Of a DNA stretch of 64,000 nucleotides, positions 1 to 9,852 are shown piece after piece (positions within the stretch are counted from its first letter, which is position 1; every line of letters begins with the position of its first letter). Source of the stretch: Gammaproteobacteria bacterium (GTDB lineage Bacteria; Pseudomonadota; Gammaproteobacteria; Natronospirales; DASSBR01); NCBI GenBank assembly GCA_035701285.1, contig DASSNT010000032.1, positions 2,284 to 66,283 on the forward strand, read 5' to 3'. A model generated the notes under the pieces. It searched no databases. It was not told where the DNA came from and was given only the letters and a program-made list of their open reading frames with translations. A program made the position numbers and the translations under genes.

Positions 1-1
1 C

Positions 2-94
2 GCAGCAATGGATTGCCCGGTAGGTACAGTGCGTTCGCGGATTTTCCGGGCGCGCGAGGCGATCAGCGGCAGGTTGAAGCCGCTCCTGGAGTGA
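2..94 (+). CDS. rpoE: ECF sigma factor RpoE/AlgU, C-terminal fragment (gene begins upstream of the window)
   Basis: Frame-2 translation AAMDCPVGTVRSRIFRAREAISGRLKPLLE* looks like the region 4.2 HTH tail of sigma-E. It is followed by rseA/rseB/degP-like genes in the canonical order. Confidence 0.8.
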   Translation, partial: AAMDCPVGTVRSRIFRAREAISGRLKPLLE

Positions 95-108
95 CGGTGG
101 GTTGAGCC

Positions 109-750
109 ATGACTGAAATGCTGCGTGAACAGTTATCCGCGCTGGCGGACAATGAACTCGAGCACGGCGAAGTGGAGTTGCTGTTGCGCCACTACGCCGG
201 CAACGGCGAGTTGCGCGTGCACTGGAACGCATATCACGTGATCGGCGAGGCGCTTCGTCGCGGGCGCCCACCGCAGGGTGCCTCGCGCATTGCAGATCGG
301 GTTGCCGCTGTTCTGGACCTCGAGACCGACCAGCCCGCCAGCGGGCGCGATCGCACGACGCGGCGCTGGCTGAAAATTCTGCGTCCTGTTGGCGCGGTGG
401 CAGTGGCCGCGTCCGTCGGCGTCGTGGCCGTTCTGGTGGTTCGCGGGGGTCCCGCGCCGGATACTCTCGGTACCATACCGCCGGCCGAAGTCGTGCCGCC
501 ACAGGCGCGCGCACCCCGCATGGGCTTCAATTACGATGCAGTCTCAAGCGTGCGCTGGGATCAGGGCTCGGCACAAGTGCGGCGCGAGTTGAACGAATAT
601 CTGTTCGATCACAACGAGGATGCGCCGACGCTGGGCCGGCAGGGCATGCTTCCCTACGTACATATGGCTACCTTTTTTGCTGCTGAACCGCCCGCGGAAC
701 AGGCTTCGCCGAACGTGCTGGACAAGGCTCGCGAGGGCAAGGGCGAATGA
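109..750 (+). CDS. rseA: Anti-sigma-E factor, RseA/MucA-like
   Basis: 213 aa. N-terminus MLREQLSALADNELE matches the RseA_N anti-sigma domain. One central TM segment (VGAVAVAASVGVVAVLVV). Located directly after rpoE. Confidence 0.8.
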   Translation: MTEMLREQLSALADNELEHGEVELLLRHYAGNGELRVHWNAYHVIGEALRRGRPPQGASRIADRVAAVLDLETDQPASGRDRTTRRWLKILRPVGAVAVAASVGVVAVLVVRGGPAPDTLGTIPPAEVVPPQARAPRMGFNYDAVSSVRWDQGSAQVRRELNEYLFDHNEDAPTLGRQGMLPYVHMATFFAAEPPAEQASPNVLDKAREGKGE

Positions 751-1787
751 GGAGCCGCAACGCCGCAAGCGCCGCGATTTTTTGCTGCGCTCTGCTCGTC
801 GCGCTGCCTGTTTCCGCTGCTGATCATTCCGACCAACCCGTTCCGGTTCTCGACCTGCTGCAACGCATGAACCGGGCGCTGCAGACGCTCGATTACAAGG
901 GCACTTTCGTTTATCTGCATGAAGGCGAACTGGAAGCCATGCACGTTGTGCACCGCGTCGATGAGCGCGGCGGCGAGGAGCGACTGACTTCACTGACCGG
1001 GCCGTTGCGCGAAGTGGTTCGCCGGCACAAGACGGTCGAATGCATTCTGCCGCGCAAGCAGCTGGTCGTCGTGGACGAATACCACGCCGACTCGCGCTTT
1101 CCGATGATCATGCCGGCCGGCTCGGATGCACAGGAACTCGGCAAGTATTACAGCCTGCGCCGCCTGGGCCAGCAGCGCACCGCCGGGCGCGAATGCGTTG
1201 TTGTCGCGGTGCAGCCGAAGGACCAATACCGCTACGGCTACCGGTTGTGGCTGGATTCGAAAACCAATCTGTTGCTGCGCTCCGAATTGATCAACGCCGA
1301 GGGCGACACCATCGAGCGCGTGATGTTCACGCACATCGAGATGCCGCAGCAGATTCCACCCGACGCCGTCAGGCCGACGATCGACAGTTCCGGCTTCGCC
1401 AGGCGGCCTCGAAACGGCGGTTCAGCGCCCGCGGCACCTGGTTCGGGCGTTGCCATCGAGGTCGCAACGCTGCCGCCGGGATTCGCGCTGACAGTCGACG
1501 AATCCCAGCACATCGGCGCGGACGGGCCGCCGGTCCGGCACCTGGTTTTCTCGGACGGGCTTGCGTCGCTTTCGGTCTTTGCCGCGCCGTATACGGCCGG
1601 CAAGGATGTGCTGCACGGTGCGTCCCAGCGCGGGTCGGTGAACGCCTACGGCCGTGTGCTGGAAGGTTACCAGGTGACCGTGGTAGGCGACGTGCCGGCC
1701 GAGACCGTGGAAATGGTTGCGCAGTCGGTGCGCTTAGCGGGCGAGAAGACCCGCGCGGGCGAACGCGGGGCAGCAGACGGGAATTGA
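747..1787 (+). CDS. rseB: Sigma-E regulatory protein RseB/MucB
   Basis: 346 aa. ATGA overlap with rseA. Signal peptide (ALLVALPVSAAD). MucB_RseB-like N-terminal region (LLQRMNRALQTLDYKGTFVYLHEG). Confidence 0.85.
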   Translation: MRSRNAASAAIFCCALLVALPVSAADHSDQPVPVLDLLQRMNRALQTLDYKGTFVYLHEGELEAMHVVHRVDERGGEERLTSLTGPLREVVRRHKTVECILPRKQLVVVDEYHADSRFPMIMPAGSDAQELGKYYSLRRLGQQRTAGRECVVVAVQPKDQYRYGYRLWLDSKTNLLLRSELINAEGDTIERVMFTHIEMPQQIPPDAVRPTIDSSGFARRPRNGGSAPAAPGSGVAIEVATLPPGFALTVDESQHIGADGPPVRHLVFSDGLASLSVFAAPYTAGKDVLHGASQRGSVNAYGRVLEGYQVTVVGDVPAETVEMVAQSVRLAGEKTRAGERGAADGN

Positions 1788-1824
1788 TCGCGGGCGGAAT
1801 TCGATCTTTGGGGGACGGGGCTCG

Positions 1825-3180
1825 GTGAGGACACCATCAATCAGAAGCTTCCGGCACTGCTGCCGGGCCTTGCTTTGCCTGCTCGCGTTCGTCGCCGGTG
1901 CGACCGCGGCCGAATTGCCTGATTTCGCCGCCGTGGCGGCGCAGGCCGCACCCTGGGTCGTCAAGATTAATGCGGAACCGCTCGGCTTCGGACCCGGGCC
2001 GATGGCCCTTCGTCCGCCGCCGCAGGCGAATGAAGACGAAGACGATGCGCTGGGTTCCGGGCTCATCATCAGCTCCGACGGCTATATCCTGACCTGCGCG
2101 CACGTCATTGCCGGCGCCGGCTCGATAGAAGTGACGCTGGCGGACGGCCACCATTACGAAGCGAAGGTGGCCGGCGCGGACCGCGACAGCGACCTGGCGC
2201 TGCTGAAAATTGCGGCGACCGGACTGCCTGCCGCCACTATTGGCAACGCGGCCGCGCTCAAGCCGGGACAGTGGGTGGCCGCCATCGGCGCGCCCTTCGG
2301 GCTGGAGACCTCCATTACCGTGGGCGTGGTCAGCGCGGTCGGACGTCATCTGGCGAGCGAAAAGTACGTCTCGTTTATCCAGTCGGATGTGCCGATCAAT
2401 CCCGGCAGTTCCGGCGGGCCGCTGCTCAACGGCGCCGGTGAAGTGGTCGGCATCAATTCAGAGATCTACAGCCGGACAGGCGAATATACCGGCGTGTCGT
2501 TTGCCGTTCCGATCAACCTGGCACTGAACGTGGTGCGCCAGCTTCGCACTGATGGCGTCGTCAACCGTGGCTGGCTTGGCGTAAGCCTGCGCCAGGTGAC
2601 GCCGACCCTGGCGCAGGCGACCGGGATGGAAATGCCCGTGGGCGCGCTGGTCACACAAATAGTTCACCAGAGCCCGGCCGCGGAATCCGGTTTGCAGGTG
2701 GGCGACATCATTACGCGGTTCAACGGCGAAAGCGTCATGGCGCCGGATGATCTGCCGCCGCTGGTCGCTTCCGCTGCGATCGGCGAGCCGGCGGTACTGG
2801 CCGTGCTGCGCGATGGGGAGCACAAGCGGCTCAGCGTCACCATCGGCAAACTGGAGCATGAAGCCGACGACTTTGCCCTCGTAACCGACACCAGCCGCAT
2901 CGATCGACTGGGCATGGCGGTGCGGGATCTGTCGCCTGAACAGCGGCGGCGCCTGAACCTGAGCCACGGCGTGCTGGTGCAGTACGTTTCCGGTGCCGCG
3001 CGGGGTGCGGGGATCAAGCCCGGGGATGTGATTTTGCGCGTCGCACACGCGCAGGCCAGGACGGCGGACCAGCTCGATACGCTGGAAAGGAGATTCGAGG
3101 CCGGCCAGTTTGTGCCCGTGCTGGTCCTGCATCAAGATGAGACGCGGTTCGTGGCACTCAAAGTGCCGCCGATGTCGTGA
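1825..3180 (+). CDS. degP: HtrA/DegP/MucD-family periplasmic serine endoprotease
   Basis: 451 aa with a GTG start and signal peptide. Trypsin-like triad context (LTCAHVI, DLALLKI, GSSGGPL) and two PDZ-like regions. Fourth gene of the rpoE operon. Confidence 0.9.
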   Translation: MRTPSIRSFRHCCRALLCLLAFVAGATAAELPDFAAVAAQAAPWVVKINAEPLGFGPGPMALRPPPQANEDEDDALGSGLIISSDGYILTCAHVIAGAGSIEVTLADGHHYEAKVAGADRDSDLALLKIAATGLPAATIGNAAALKPGQWVAAIGAPFGLETSITVGVVSAVGRHLASEKYVSFIQSDVPINPGSSGGPLLNGAGEVVGINSEIYSRTGEYTGVSFAVPINLALNVVRQLRTDGVVNRGWLGVSLRQVTPTLAQATGMEMPVGALVTQIVHQSPAAESGLQVGDIITRFNGESVMAPDDLPPLVASAAIGEPAVLAVLRDGEHKRLSVTIGKLEHEADDFALVTDTSRIDRLGMAVRDLSPEQRRRLNLSHGVLVQYVSGAARGAGIKPGDVILRVAHAQARTADQLDTLERRFEAGQFVPVLVLHQDETRFVALKVPPMS

Positions 3181-3422
3181 AAGCGCCGCTGACGCTCTAC
3201 AGCCGCGCCGGCTGTCATTTGTGCGACGCGATGCTCGCTGAAGTGTCCGCATTCTGCGCGGGCCGCCCGGTTGAACTGGACGTCGTTGACGTCGATTCTT
3301 CGCCCGATCTGATCAGCCGCTACGGCCTGAAAGTGCCGGTGCTGGTCGGCACCGATGGCGAACTGTGCCACGGGCGGCTCGACGACGAGGCATTGGCAGA
3401 TTACCTGTGGGCGTTCCAATAG
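3177..3422 (+). CDS. Glutaredoxin-like small protein (DUF836-type)
   Basis: 81 aa. CHLC redox motif in LTLYSRAGCHLCDAM. 4-nt overlap with the degP stop. Confidence 0.7.
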   Translation: MKAPLTLYSRAGCHLCDAMLAEVSAFCAGRPVELDVVDVDSSPDLISRYGLKVPVLVGTDGELCHGRLDDEALADYLWAFQ

Positions 3423-3518
3423 GGCGCTTGCTTTTTACCCCGGACGGACGCGTCGCCAGCCGCGGGGCGCCGGCGCATCGTGTAAAATAGCCTCCTTTTG
3501 CCCGGCAAGCTCTCCTCT

Positions 3519-5309
3519 ATGGAGCACATCAGAAATTTCTCCATCATCGCCCATATCGACCACGGCAAATCCACCCTGGCGGATCGCTTTATCGAAATCT
3601 GCGGCGCCCTGACTGATCGGGAGATGGCGTCGCAAGTGCTGGATACAATGGAGCTCGAGCGCGAGCGCGGCATCACGATCAAGGCGCAGAGCGTATCGCT
3701 CGATTACGTCGCAAGGGACGGCAAGACCTATCGTCTCAATTTTATCGACACGCCCGGCCACGTCGACTTTTCCTACGAAGTCTCCCGCTCGCTCACCGCC
3801 TGCGAAGGTGCGCTGCTCGTGGTCGATGCGGCCCAGGGCGTCGAGGCGCAGAGCGTCGCCAACTGCTACACGGCGATCGACGAGGGGCTGGAAGTGGTGC
3901 CGGTGCTGAACAAGATCGATCTGCCGGCGGCCGAACCGGATCGCGTCATCGCTGAAATCGAGGATGTTATCGGCATCGAAGCGCGCGACGCGGTGCGGGT
4001 CAGCGCGAAGACGGGCGAAGGCGTGCGCGAGTTGCTCGAACAGCTCGTGCAGCGCATTCCGCCGCCGCGCGGCGATCGCGAGGCGCCGCTGCAGGCGCTG
4101 ATCATTGATTCGTGGTTCGACAAGTTCGTCGGCGTCATTTCGCTGGTGCGCGTGATGAACGGCCGTATCGAGCCGCGCCAGAAGGTGCAGGTCATGTCCA
4201 CCGGTCGCACCCACCAGGTCGATCGAGTCGGCGCCTTCCGGCCTAAGATGACCGATTCCCGGGCGCTGGAAGCCGGCGACGTCGGCTTCGTGATTGCCGG
4301 CATAAAGGAAATCGACGGCGCGCCGGTCGGCGACACGATCACCGCGGCGGACCGGCCTTGCGCCAAGCCGTGGCCGGGCTTCAAACAGGTGCAGCCGCGC
4401 GTCTTCGCCGGTCTTTTTCCGGTACGCGCCGACGACTACGAAGCGTTCCGGGAAGCGCTGCAAAAGCTGCGCCTGAACGACGCAGCGCTGTATTTCGAAC
4501 CGGAAACGTCGACGGCCCTGGGCTTCGGTTTTCGCTGCGGCTTTCTCGGCATGCTGCACATGGAGATCGTTCAGGAACGACTCGAGCGCGAGTACGAACT
4601 CGACCTGATCACGACCGCGCCGACGGTGATTTACGAGGTGCAAATCACGGCGGGCGAGACGCTTGCGGTCGACAACCCGTCGAAGCTGCCGCCGCCGAAC
4701 GAAATCGAAGAAATCCGCGAGCCGATCATCGAGGCGAACATTCTCGTGCCGCAGCAGCACCTCGGCGCCGTGATAATGCTGTGCGAAGAAAAGCGGGGCG
4801 TGCAGAAGCGGATGCACTATACCGGCTCCCAGGTGTCGCTGGTTTACGAACTGCCGTTGTCGGAAATCGTGCTGGACTTCTTCGACCGGTTGAAATCGGT
4901 CAGCCGCGGCTTCGCGTCTTTCGATTATCATTTCACTCGTTTCCAGGCCGCGCCGCTGGTGCGCCTCGACGTGATGATCAACGGCGACCGGGTGGACGCG
5001 CTGGCGATCATTGTCCACCGCGAGGAGGCCTACGCGCGCGGGCGCACGCTGACAGAGAAGATGCAGGAGATCATTCCGCGGCAGATGTTTGAAGTCGCGA
5101 TCCAGGCGGCGATCGGGAATCACATTATTGCCCGCTCGACCGTCAAGGCGCTGCGAAAAAATGTGACTGCCAAGTGTTATGGTGGCGACATCACCCGCAA
5201 GCGGAAACTGCTCGAAAAGCAGAAAGCGGGCAAGAAGCGCATGAAGCAACTGGGCTCGGTGGAAATTCCGCAGGAAGCCTTCCTGGCCGTGCTGCGCGTC
5301 GAAAAATAA
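3519..5309 (+). CDS. lepA: Elongation factor 4 (LepA)
   Basis: [31 protein letters not shown] and NKID GTPase motifs, with full-length similarity to LepA. The start was moved from the TTG at 3498 to the ATG at 3519 to match the conserved N-terminus. Confidence 0.95.
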   Translation: MEHIRNFSIIAHIDHGKSTLADRFIEICGALTDREMASQVLDTMELERERGITIKAQSVSLDYVARDGKTYRLNFIDTPGHVDFSYEVSRSLTACEGALLVVDAAQGVEAQSVANCYTAIDEGLEVVPVLNKIDLPAAEPDRVIAEIEDVIGIEARDAVRVSAKTGEGVRELLEQLVQRIPPPRGDREAPLQALIIDSWFDKFVGVISLVRVMNGRIEPRQKVQVMSTGRTHQVDRVGAFRPKMTDSRALEAGDVGFVIAGIKEIDGAPVGDTITAADRPCAKPWPGFKQVQPRVFAGLFPVRADDYEAFREALQKLRLNDAALYFEPETSTALGFGFRCGFLGMLHMEIVQERLEREYELDLITTAPTVIYEVQITAGETLAVDNPSKLPPPNEIEEIREPIIEANILVPQQHLGAVIMLCEEKRGVQKRMHYTGSQVSLVYELPLSEIVLDFFDRLKSVSRGFASFDYHFTRFQAAPLVRLDVMINGDRVDALAIIVHREEAYARGRTLTEKMQEIIPRQMFEVAIQAAIGNHIIARSTVKALRKNVTAKCYGGDITRKRKLLEKQKAGKKRMKQLGSVEIPQEAFLAVLRVEK

Positions 5310-5325
5310 CAGGAGATAAGACTCG

Positions 5326-6153
5326 ATGAGTCTGAGTTACATTTTTGCCCTGATCCTGGTGCTTGGCACCTGCATAACCGGCGTCATCTGGCTGGTCGAC
5401 CGACTCGCTTTTGCGCCGAAGCGGCGGGCCAGACTGGAAGCCGCTCGCAAAGAAGAAGGGGCGGAGGCCGAGGCCGAGACCGAGGCCGATAACAAGCCGG
5501 CCGACCCGTTGCTGGTCGATTACGCGCGCTCGTTTTTTCCGGTGTTTCTGATCGTGCTGATCGTGCGCGCGTTTATCGTCGAGCCTTTCCATATTCCGTC
5601 CGGATCGATGATTCCGACGCTGCTGGTCGGCGACTTCGTGCTGGTCAACAAGTTTTCGTACGGGCTTCGCATGCCGTTGTCACACTGGGAGTTTGTCGAT
5701 TTCGGAGATCCGCAGCGCGGCGATGTGGTCGTCTTCCGGCCACCCTGGCAGCCGGACCAGACCTGGATCAAGCGTATCATCGGCCTGCCCGGTGACCATA
5801 TCGTCTATCGCAACGAAACGCTTTACATCAACGGCAATCGCATCAGCGACACGCCGCTCGGCTGGTATTCCGGTCCGACTGTCGCGGAAGCACGGGTGAG
5901 CGTCGAGCATCTGGGCGACGACGATCATAAAATTCTGACGATGCCGAACGTGCCCAGCAAGGAAGGCAGCTGGACAGTGCCGCCGAATGAATACTTCGTG
6001 ATGGGCGACAACCGCGACAACAGCGAGGACAGCCGCTATATGGGATTCGTGCCGGAGAAGGCAATGGTCGGCAAGGCGTTCTTCATCTGGATGAACTGGG
6101 ACGGCTTTCCGTCCATGCCGATGTGGAGCCGTATCGGTAACGCAATAAACTGA
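5326..6153 (+). CDS. lepB: Signal peptidase I
   Basis: 275 aa. SGSMIPTL (catalytic Ser box), KRIIGLPGD (Lys box) and GDNRDNSEDSRY. Follows lepA. Confidence 0.95.
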   Translation: MSLSYIFALILVLGTCITGVIWLVDRLAFAPKRRARLEAARKEEGAEAEAETEADNKPADPLLVDYARSFFPVFLIVLIVRAFIVEPFHIPSGSMIPTLLVGDFVLVNKFSYGLRMPLSHWEFVDFGDPQRGDVVVFRPPWQPDQTWIKRIIGLPGDHIVYRNETLYINGNRISDTPLGWYSGPTVAEARVSVEHLGDDDHKILTMPNVPSKEGSWTVPPNEYFVMGDNRDNSEDSRYMGFVPEKAMVGKAFFIWMNWDGFPSMPMWSRIGNAIN

Positions 6154-6162
6154 GGGGCAGTC

Positions 6163-6534
6163 ATGCACACGAAAAACAGCCAGCGCGGTATGAGTATGAT
6201 CAGCATGTTGCTGGTCGCGGTGATCGCGATTGCAGTCGTGCTGCTCGTGATCCGGCTGTTCCCGGTCTATTACGACTCCTACGTCGTGTCGTCGATATTC
6301 AGCGACGTTCGCAGCGAAGCGCGCGGCAAAACGGCCGATGAAATTCGCGACACGATTGAGCGCCGCTTCGAAGTGAATGAAGTGAACATGGTCTCGATCC
6401 GCGACGTCAAGATTTCTCCCGCGCGCAATGGCGGTTCCGACGTGTCCCTGCATTACGAACAGCGCGTGCCTTTTGTCGGCAATCTTGGGCTGGTCGCGAC
6501 CTTCGACAAGCACGTCCTGGTTCCCGGCCATTGA
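6163..6534 (+). CDS. DUF4845-like small membrane-anchored protein
   Basis: 123 aa with an N-terminal TM (MISMLLVAVIAIAVVLLVI). Conserved position between lepB and rnc. Confidence 0.7.
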   Translation: MHTKNSQRGMSMISMLLVAVIAIAVVLLVIRLFPVYYDSYVVSSIFSDVRSEARGKTADEIRDTIERRFEVNEVNMVSIRDVKISPARNGGSDVSLHYEQRVPFVGNLGLVATFDKHVLVPGH

Positions 6535-7205
6535 GTCTCGAGACCCTGCTCGCCGACCGACTCGGATACGAATGCCGCAACCCGGAACTGCTGCAGCGAG
6601 CACTGCGTCACCGAAGCAGCGGCAGCCGGAATAATGAACGCCTCGAGTTTCTCGGCGACGCGGTGCTCGGCCTGATCATTGCGCGGGAACTGTTTCAACG
6701 CGACCCCGATTTCAGCGAAGGCGACCTCAGCCGCCTGCGCGCGAGCCTGGTGAACCGCGATGCGCTGGCCGAGCTGGGCACGGAACTGACGCTGGGCGAG
6801 TATGTTGACCTGGGCCCCGGCGAACTCAAGTCCGGCGGCTATCGCCGCAAATCGATCCTCGCCGACACGCTCGAAGCCGTGATCGGCGCCATTTATCTTG
6901 ACGGGGGCTACCGGGTTGCCGAAGCGGCCATCCAGCGGTTGTACGCGGAGCGGCTGGCCGACTTGCCGGCGCCGGAAACGCTGAAAGATCCGAAGACCCG
7001 GTTGCAGGAACATCTGCAGGCGCGCAGCCAGCCGCTGCCGCTATACGAGACCATCGAGCATCGCGGGCCACCGCACGACCCGGTGTTTACCGTCAACGCC
7101 AGCATCGAAGCCCTCGGCCTGAACGTAACCGCGACCGGCCGCAGTCGCCGCGTCGCCGAACAGCAGGCGGCGAGCGAACTGTTGAGCCGCCTCATCGATG
7201 GCTGA
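6531..7205 (+). CDS. rnc: Ribonuclease III
   Basis: 224 aa. RNase III signature ERLEFLGDAVLG and a C-terminal dsRBD. Confidence 0.95.
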   Translation: MSLETLLADRLGYECRNPELLQRALRHRSSGSRNNERLEFLGDAVLGLIIARELFQRDPDFSEGDLSRLRASLVNRDALAELGTELTLGEYVDLGPGELKSGGYRRKSILADTLEAVIGAIYLDGGYRVAEAAIQRLYAERLADLPAPETLKDPKTRLQEHLQARSQPLPLYETIEHRGPPHDPVFTVNASIEALGLNVTATGRSRRVAEQQAASELLSRLIDG

Positions 7206-8100
7206 ATCGGGCGCCGAATTCCGCGCCGGCTTTATCGCCCTGATCGGCCGGCCCAACGTCGGCAAGTCGACGCTGCTCAACCGTTTCGTCGAGCAGAAGA
7301 TCAGCATCGTCTCGGGCAAGCCGCAGACGACGCGTCAGCGCGTGCTCGGCATCAAGACGACAGCGGACTCGCAACTCGTCTTTATCGACACGCCGGGCCT
7401 GCACAGCGGCCAGCGCAAGGAAATCAACCGCCAGATGAACCGGGCCGCGGCGGGCGCCGCAATGGACGCCGATCTGGTGCTGTGGGTGGTCGAAGCGCCG
7501 CGCTGGCAGGCGGGCGACGACTTCGTGCTCGAGCGGCTGGCCAACAGCCCGCACCCGGTCGGGATCGTCGTCAACAAGGTCGACCGCGTGAAGCCGCGGG
7601 ACCGGTTGCTGCCGTATCTGCAGGAAGTCGCCGCCAAACGCGAGTTTGCCTTTATCACACCGGTGAGCGCCGCCAGCGGTGAAAACGTTGATCGGCTCGA
7701 GCAGGTCGTGGTCGAACATTTACCGGCATCGCCGCCGCTGTTTCCGCCCGACCAGGTGACGGACCTGCCGCAGCGCCTGTGGGCGGCGGAAATCATCCGC
7801 GAAAAGCTGCTCGGCGTGCTGCGCGAAGAACTGCCGCATGCGATTGCCGTTGAGGTCGAGCGCTGGCAGGAAGAACAGAATCTGCTCAAGCTGAGCGCGA
7901 TTATCTGGGTCGAGCGCGACAGCCAGAAGGCTATCGTCATCGGTCAGAAGGGCAAGGTGCTGAAGGCGGCCGGCCAGGCTGCGCGCCTTGATCTTGAGCA
8001 GGAGCTGGGGCAAAAGGTATTTCTGCAGTTATGGGTCAAGGTAAAATCCGGCTGGACCGACGATGCGCGCCGTTTGCGCGAACTCGGCCTTGGCGACTAG
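7198..8100 (+). CDS. era: GTPase Era
   Basis: 300 aa. GRPNVGKSTL, DTPG and NKVD motifs plus a KH domain. Overlaps the rnc stop. Confidence 0.95.
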   Translation: MAESGAEFRAGFIALIGRPNVGKSTLLNRFVEQKISIVSGKPQTTRQRVLGIKTTADSQLVFIDTPGLHSGQRKEINRQMNRAAAGAAMDADLVLWVVEAPRWQAGDDFVLERLANSPHPVGIVVNKVDRVKPRDRLLPYLQEVAAKREFAFITPVSAASGENVDRLEQVVVEHLPASPPLFPPDQVTDLPQRLWAAEIIREKLLGVLREELPHAIAVEVERWQEEQNLLKLSAIIWVERDSQKAIVIGQKGKVLKAAGQAARLDLEQELGQKVFLQLWVKVKSGWTDDARRLRELGLGD

Positions 8101-8152
8101 GTCGGCCCGTTCGTCCTGAGCCCGTCGAAGGGCTCCGGAACTTGCATTCCCG

Positions 8153-8860
8153 ATGGAAAGGCTTCAACTCCAGCCTGCTTACATACTCCACCAGCGGCCC
8201 TGGCGTGACACCAGCGGCCTGATCGAAGCCTTCACCCGCCCGGCCGGGCGCATCGGCCTGGTTGCGCGTGGTGTCAGGCGACCCAGGTCCAAACTCAAGG
8301 CGGCGCTGCAACCATTCCAGCCGTTGCTGCTGTCGTGGACGGGCCGGGGCGATCTGGCGACGCTCACTGAAGCCGAAACGACCGGTCGGCCTGTCGTACT
8401 TGCCGGGTCTCGCCTGCTGTGCGGGTTTTACGTCAACGAATTGCTGATCCGCCTGCTGCACCGCCACGACCCGCATCCGGACCTGTTCGACGATTATGCG
8501 CGTTGCCTGACCGGGCTGGCTGGTGCCGCGAGGGAAGAGGTTGCGCTGCGATTGTTCGAAAAACAGCTGCTGACGGCGTGCGGGTACGGCCTGAATCTGA
8601 CTCATGAGGTGGATTCCGGCGAATCCGTTGAGGCGGGGCGCCAATATGAATACCTGCTCGAACAGGGTCCGCGACAGGCCTCGCATGGTTCGGGCGGCTT
8701 GACTCTTCCCGGGGAATCGCTGCTCGCCTTGGCGAGTGATCGTCTGGAGGACGAGGAGGCTTTGCGGGATGCGAAACGTTTATTGCGCGCCGCACTTGAT
8801 TTGTACCTGGGCGACAAGCCGCTCAAAACACGGCAGGTGCTGCACGCGCTAAAGCGCTAA
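8153..8860 (+). CDS. recO: DNA repair protein RecO
   Basis: 235 aa. N-terminus (LQPAYILHQRPWRDTS) is typical of RecO. rnc-era-recO synteny. Confidence 0.9.
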   Translation: MERLQLQPAYILHQRPWRDTSGLIEAFTRPAGRIGLVARGVRRPRSKLKAALQPFQPLLLSWTGRGDLATLTEAETTGRPVVLAGSRLLCGFYVNELLIRLLHRHDPHPDLFDDYARCLTGLAGAAREEVALRLFEKQLLTACGYGLNLTHEVDSGESVEAGRQYEYLLEQGPRQASHGSGGLTLPGESLLALASDRLEDEEALRDAKRLLRAALDLYLGDKPLKTRQVLHALKR

Positions 8861-8906
8861 CTAATACGCATCCTGACGGTTGCGTATTCCGATGAAGCAT
8901 GCAATG

Positions 8907-8934
8907 ATAATCGCAACCAGGAGGTTGCGATTAT
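8907..8934 (+). promoter_or_regulatory. Perfect 12-bp hairpin covering part of the SD and start codon of the SRPBCC gene
   Basis: ATAATCGCAACC (8907-8918), loop AGGA, then GGTTGCGATTAT (8923-8934). SD AGGAGG is at 8919-8924 and the ATG at 8933-8935. Confidence 0.4.
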
Positions 8935-9379
8935 GAATGACCGTATAGAAAAAGCTGTTGAGCTCAAGGCGCCTGTCGCACGCGTGTGGCGTGCCCTTAC
9001 GGATTATCGGGAGTTCGGAGAATGGTTCCGCGTCGCGCTGGATGGGCCGTTCATCGTTGGTGAAACATGCCAGGGCCACATCACCTATCCGGGTTACGAA
9101 CACCTTAAGTGGCAAGCCACGGTGAAGGCGATGGAGGCTGAGCGGCTGTTTTCATTCACATGGCATCCATACGCTGTCGAGCAGGACGTCGATTATGGCA
9201 TCGAGCCGCAGACACTTGTTGAATTCCGGCTTGAACCGACGGACGACGGTACGCGTTTGATCATTTCGGAGTCGGGATTTGCCGCGTTGCCCGAAGGACG
9301 GCGTATGGAGGCGTTCCGGATGAACGAATCCGGCTGGGAGGAGCAGGCAGGGAATATCAGAAGCTATGTCGACGCCTGA
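8933..9379 (+). CDS. SRPBCC-superfamily protein (AHSA1/START-like)
   Basis: 148 aa. VELKAPVARVWRALTDYREFGEWF is typical of Aha1/SRPBCC domain proteins. Paired with an ArsR regulator, as is common for this family. Confidence 0.75.
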   Translation: MNDRIEKAVELKAPVARVWRALTDYREFGEWFRVALDGPFIVGETCQGHITYPGYEHLKWQATVKAMEAERLFSFTWHPYAVEQDVDYGIEPQTLVEFRLEPTDDGTRLIISESGFAALPEGRRMEAFRMNESGWEEQAGNIRSYVDA

Positions 9380-9692
9380 GGCCAATGCGGCGAAAACTTT
9401 TTCGGCGCTGGGCGACCCGACCCGGCTCATGCTGGTCATGAGGCTGAGCGACGGCCAGTCGCGGTCAATCATTCAACTATCTGCAGGCTTCAATCTGAGC
9501 CGCCAGGCCGTAACCAAGCACCTTCGCGTGCTTGAACAGGCGGGAATCGTTCAGGCCGATCGGGTGGGCCGGGAAAGCCGGTTTTCGTTCGTGTCGGAAC
9601 CGATTGAAGACGCGCAATCCTGCCTTGCTGCCGTCTCGCAGCAATGGGACGAGGCGCTGTTGCGACTGAAGACTTTTCTGAAAAGGGAGTAG
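9366..9692 (+). CDS. ArsR/SmtB-family transcriptional regulator
   Basis: 108 aa with a winged-HTH pattern (FSALGDPTRLMLVMRL ... LSRQAVTKHLRVLEQAGIV). Overlaps the preceding gene by 14 nt. Confidence 0.8.
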   Translation: MSTPEANAAKTFSALGDPTRLMLVMRLSDGQSRSIIQLSAGFNLSRQAVTKHLRVLEQAGIVQADRVGRESRFSFVSEPIEDAQSCLAAVSQQWDEALLRLKTFLKRE

Positions 9693-9728
9693 TCGACCGG
9701 CGAATGCAGTAGACTAGTGCGTCTCAAA

Positions 9729-9816
<88 letters not shown>

Positions 9817-9852
9817 ATCGAGCAGCGTTTGAATGCTGCTGGAAGGCGCGCA

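Noticed and set aside
3435-5249. 604-aa ORF antisense to lepA. Similar very long antisense ORFs occur at 61990-63963 (opposite lon), 44083-45822 (opposite pcnB/folK), 35737-37122 (opposite valS), 25890-27077 (opposite metG), 49805-50881 (opposite plsX) and 56181-57404 (opposite the halogenase-like gene).
   Set aside because: Their translations are Arg/Ala/Gly/His-rich and low-complexity, with no recognisable motifs. They mirror well-supported conserved genes on the other strand. Long stop-free antisense frames are expected in high-GC DNA.
8100-8152. Short sequence GTTCGTCCTGAGCCCGTCGAAGGGC in the era-recO spacer, reading RPEPVEG in ORF 8031-8222. It resembles a widespread proteobacterial extragenic repeat core.
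   Set aside because: There is only a single partial copy with no clear partner arm in this window. That is too little evidence to call an element, and the 63-aa ORF over it is not credible.
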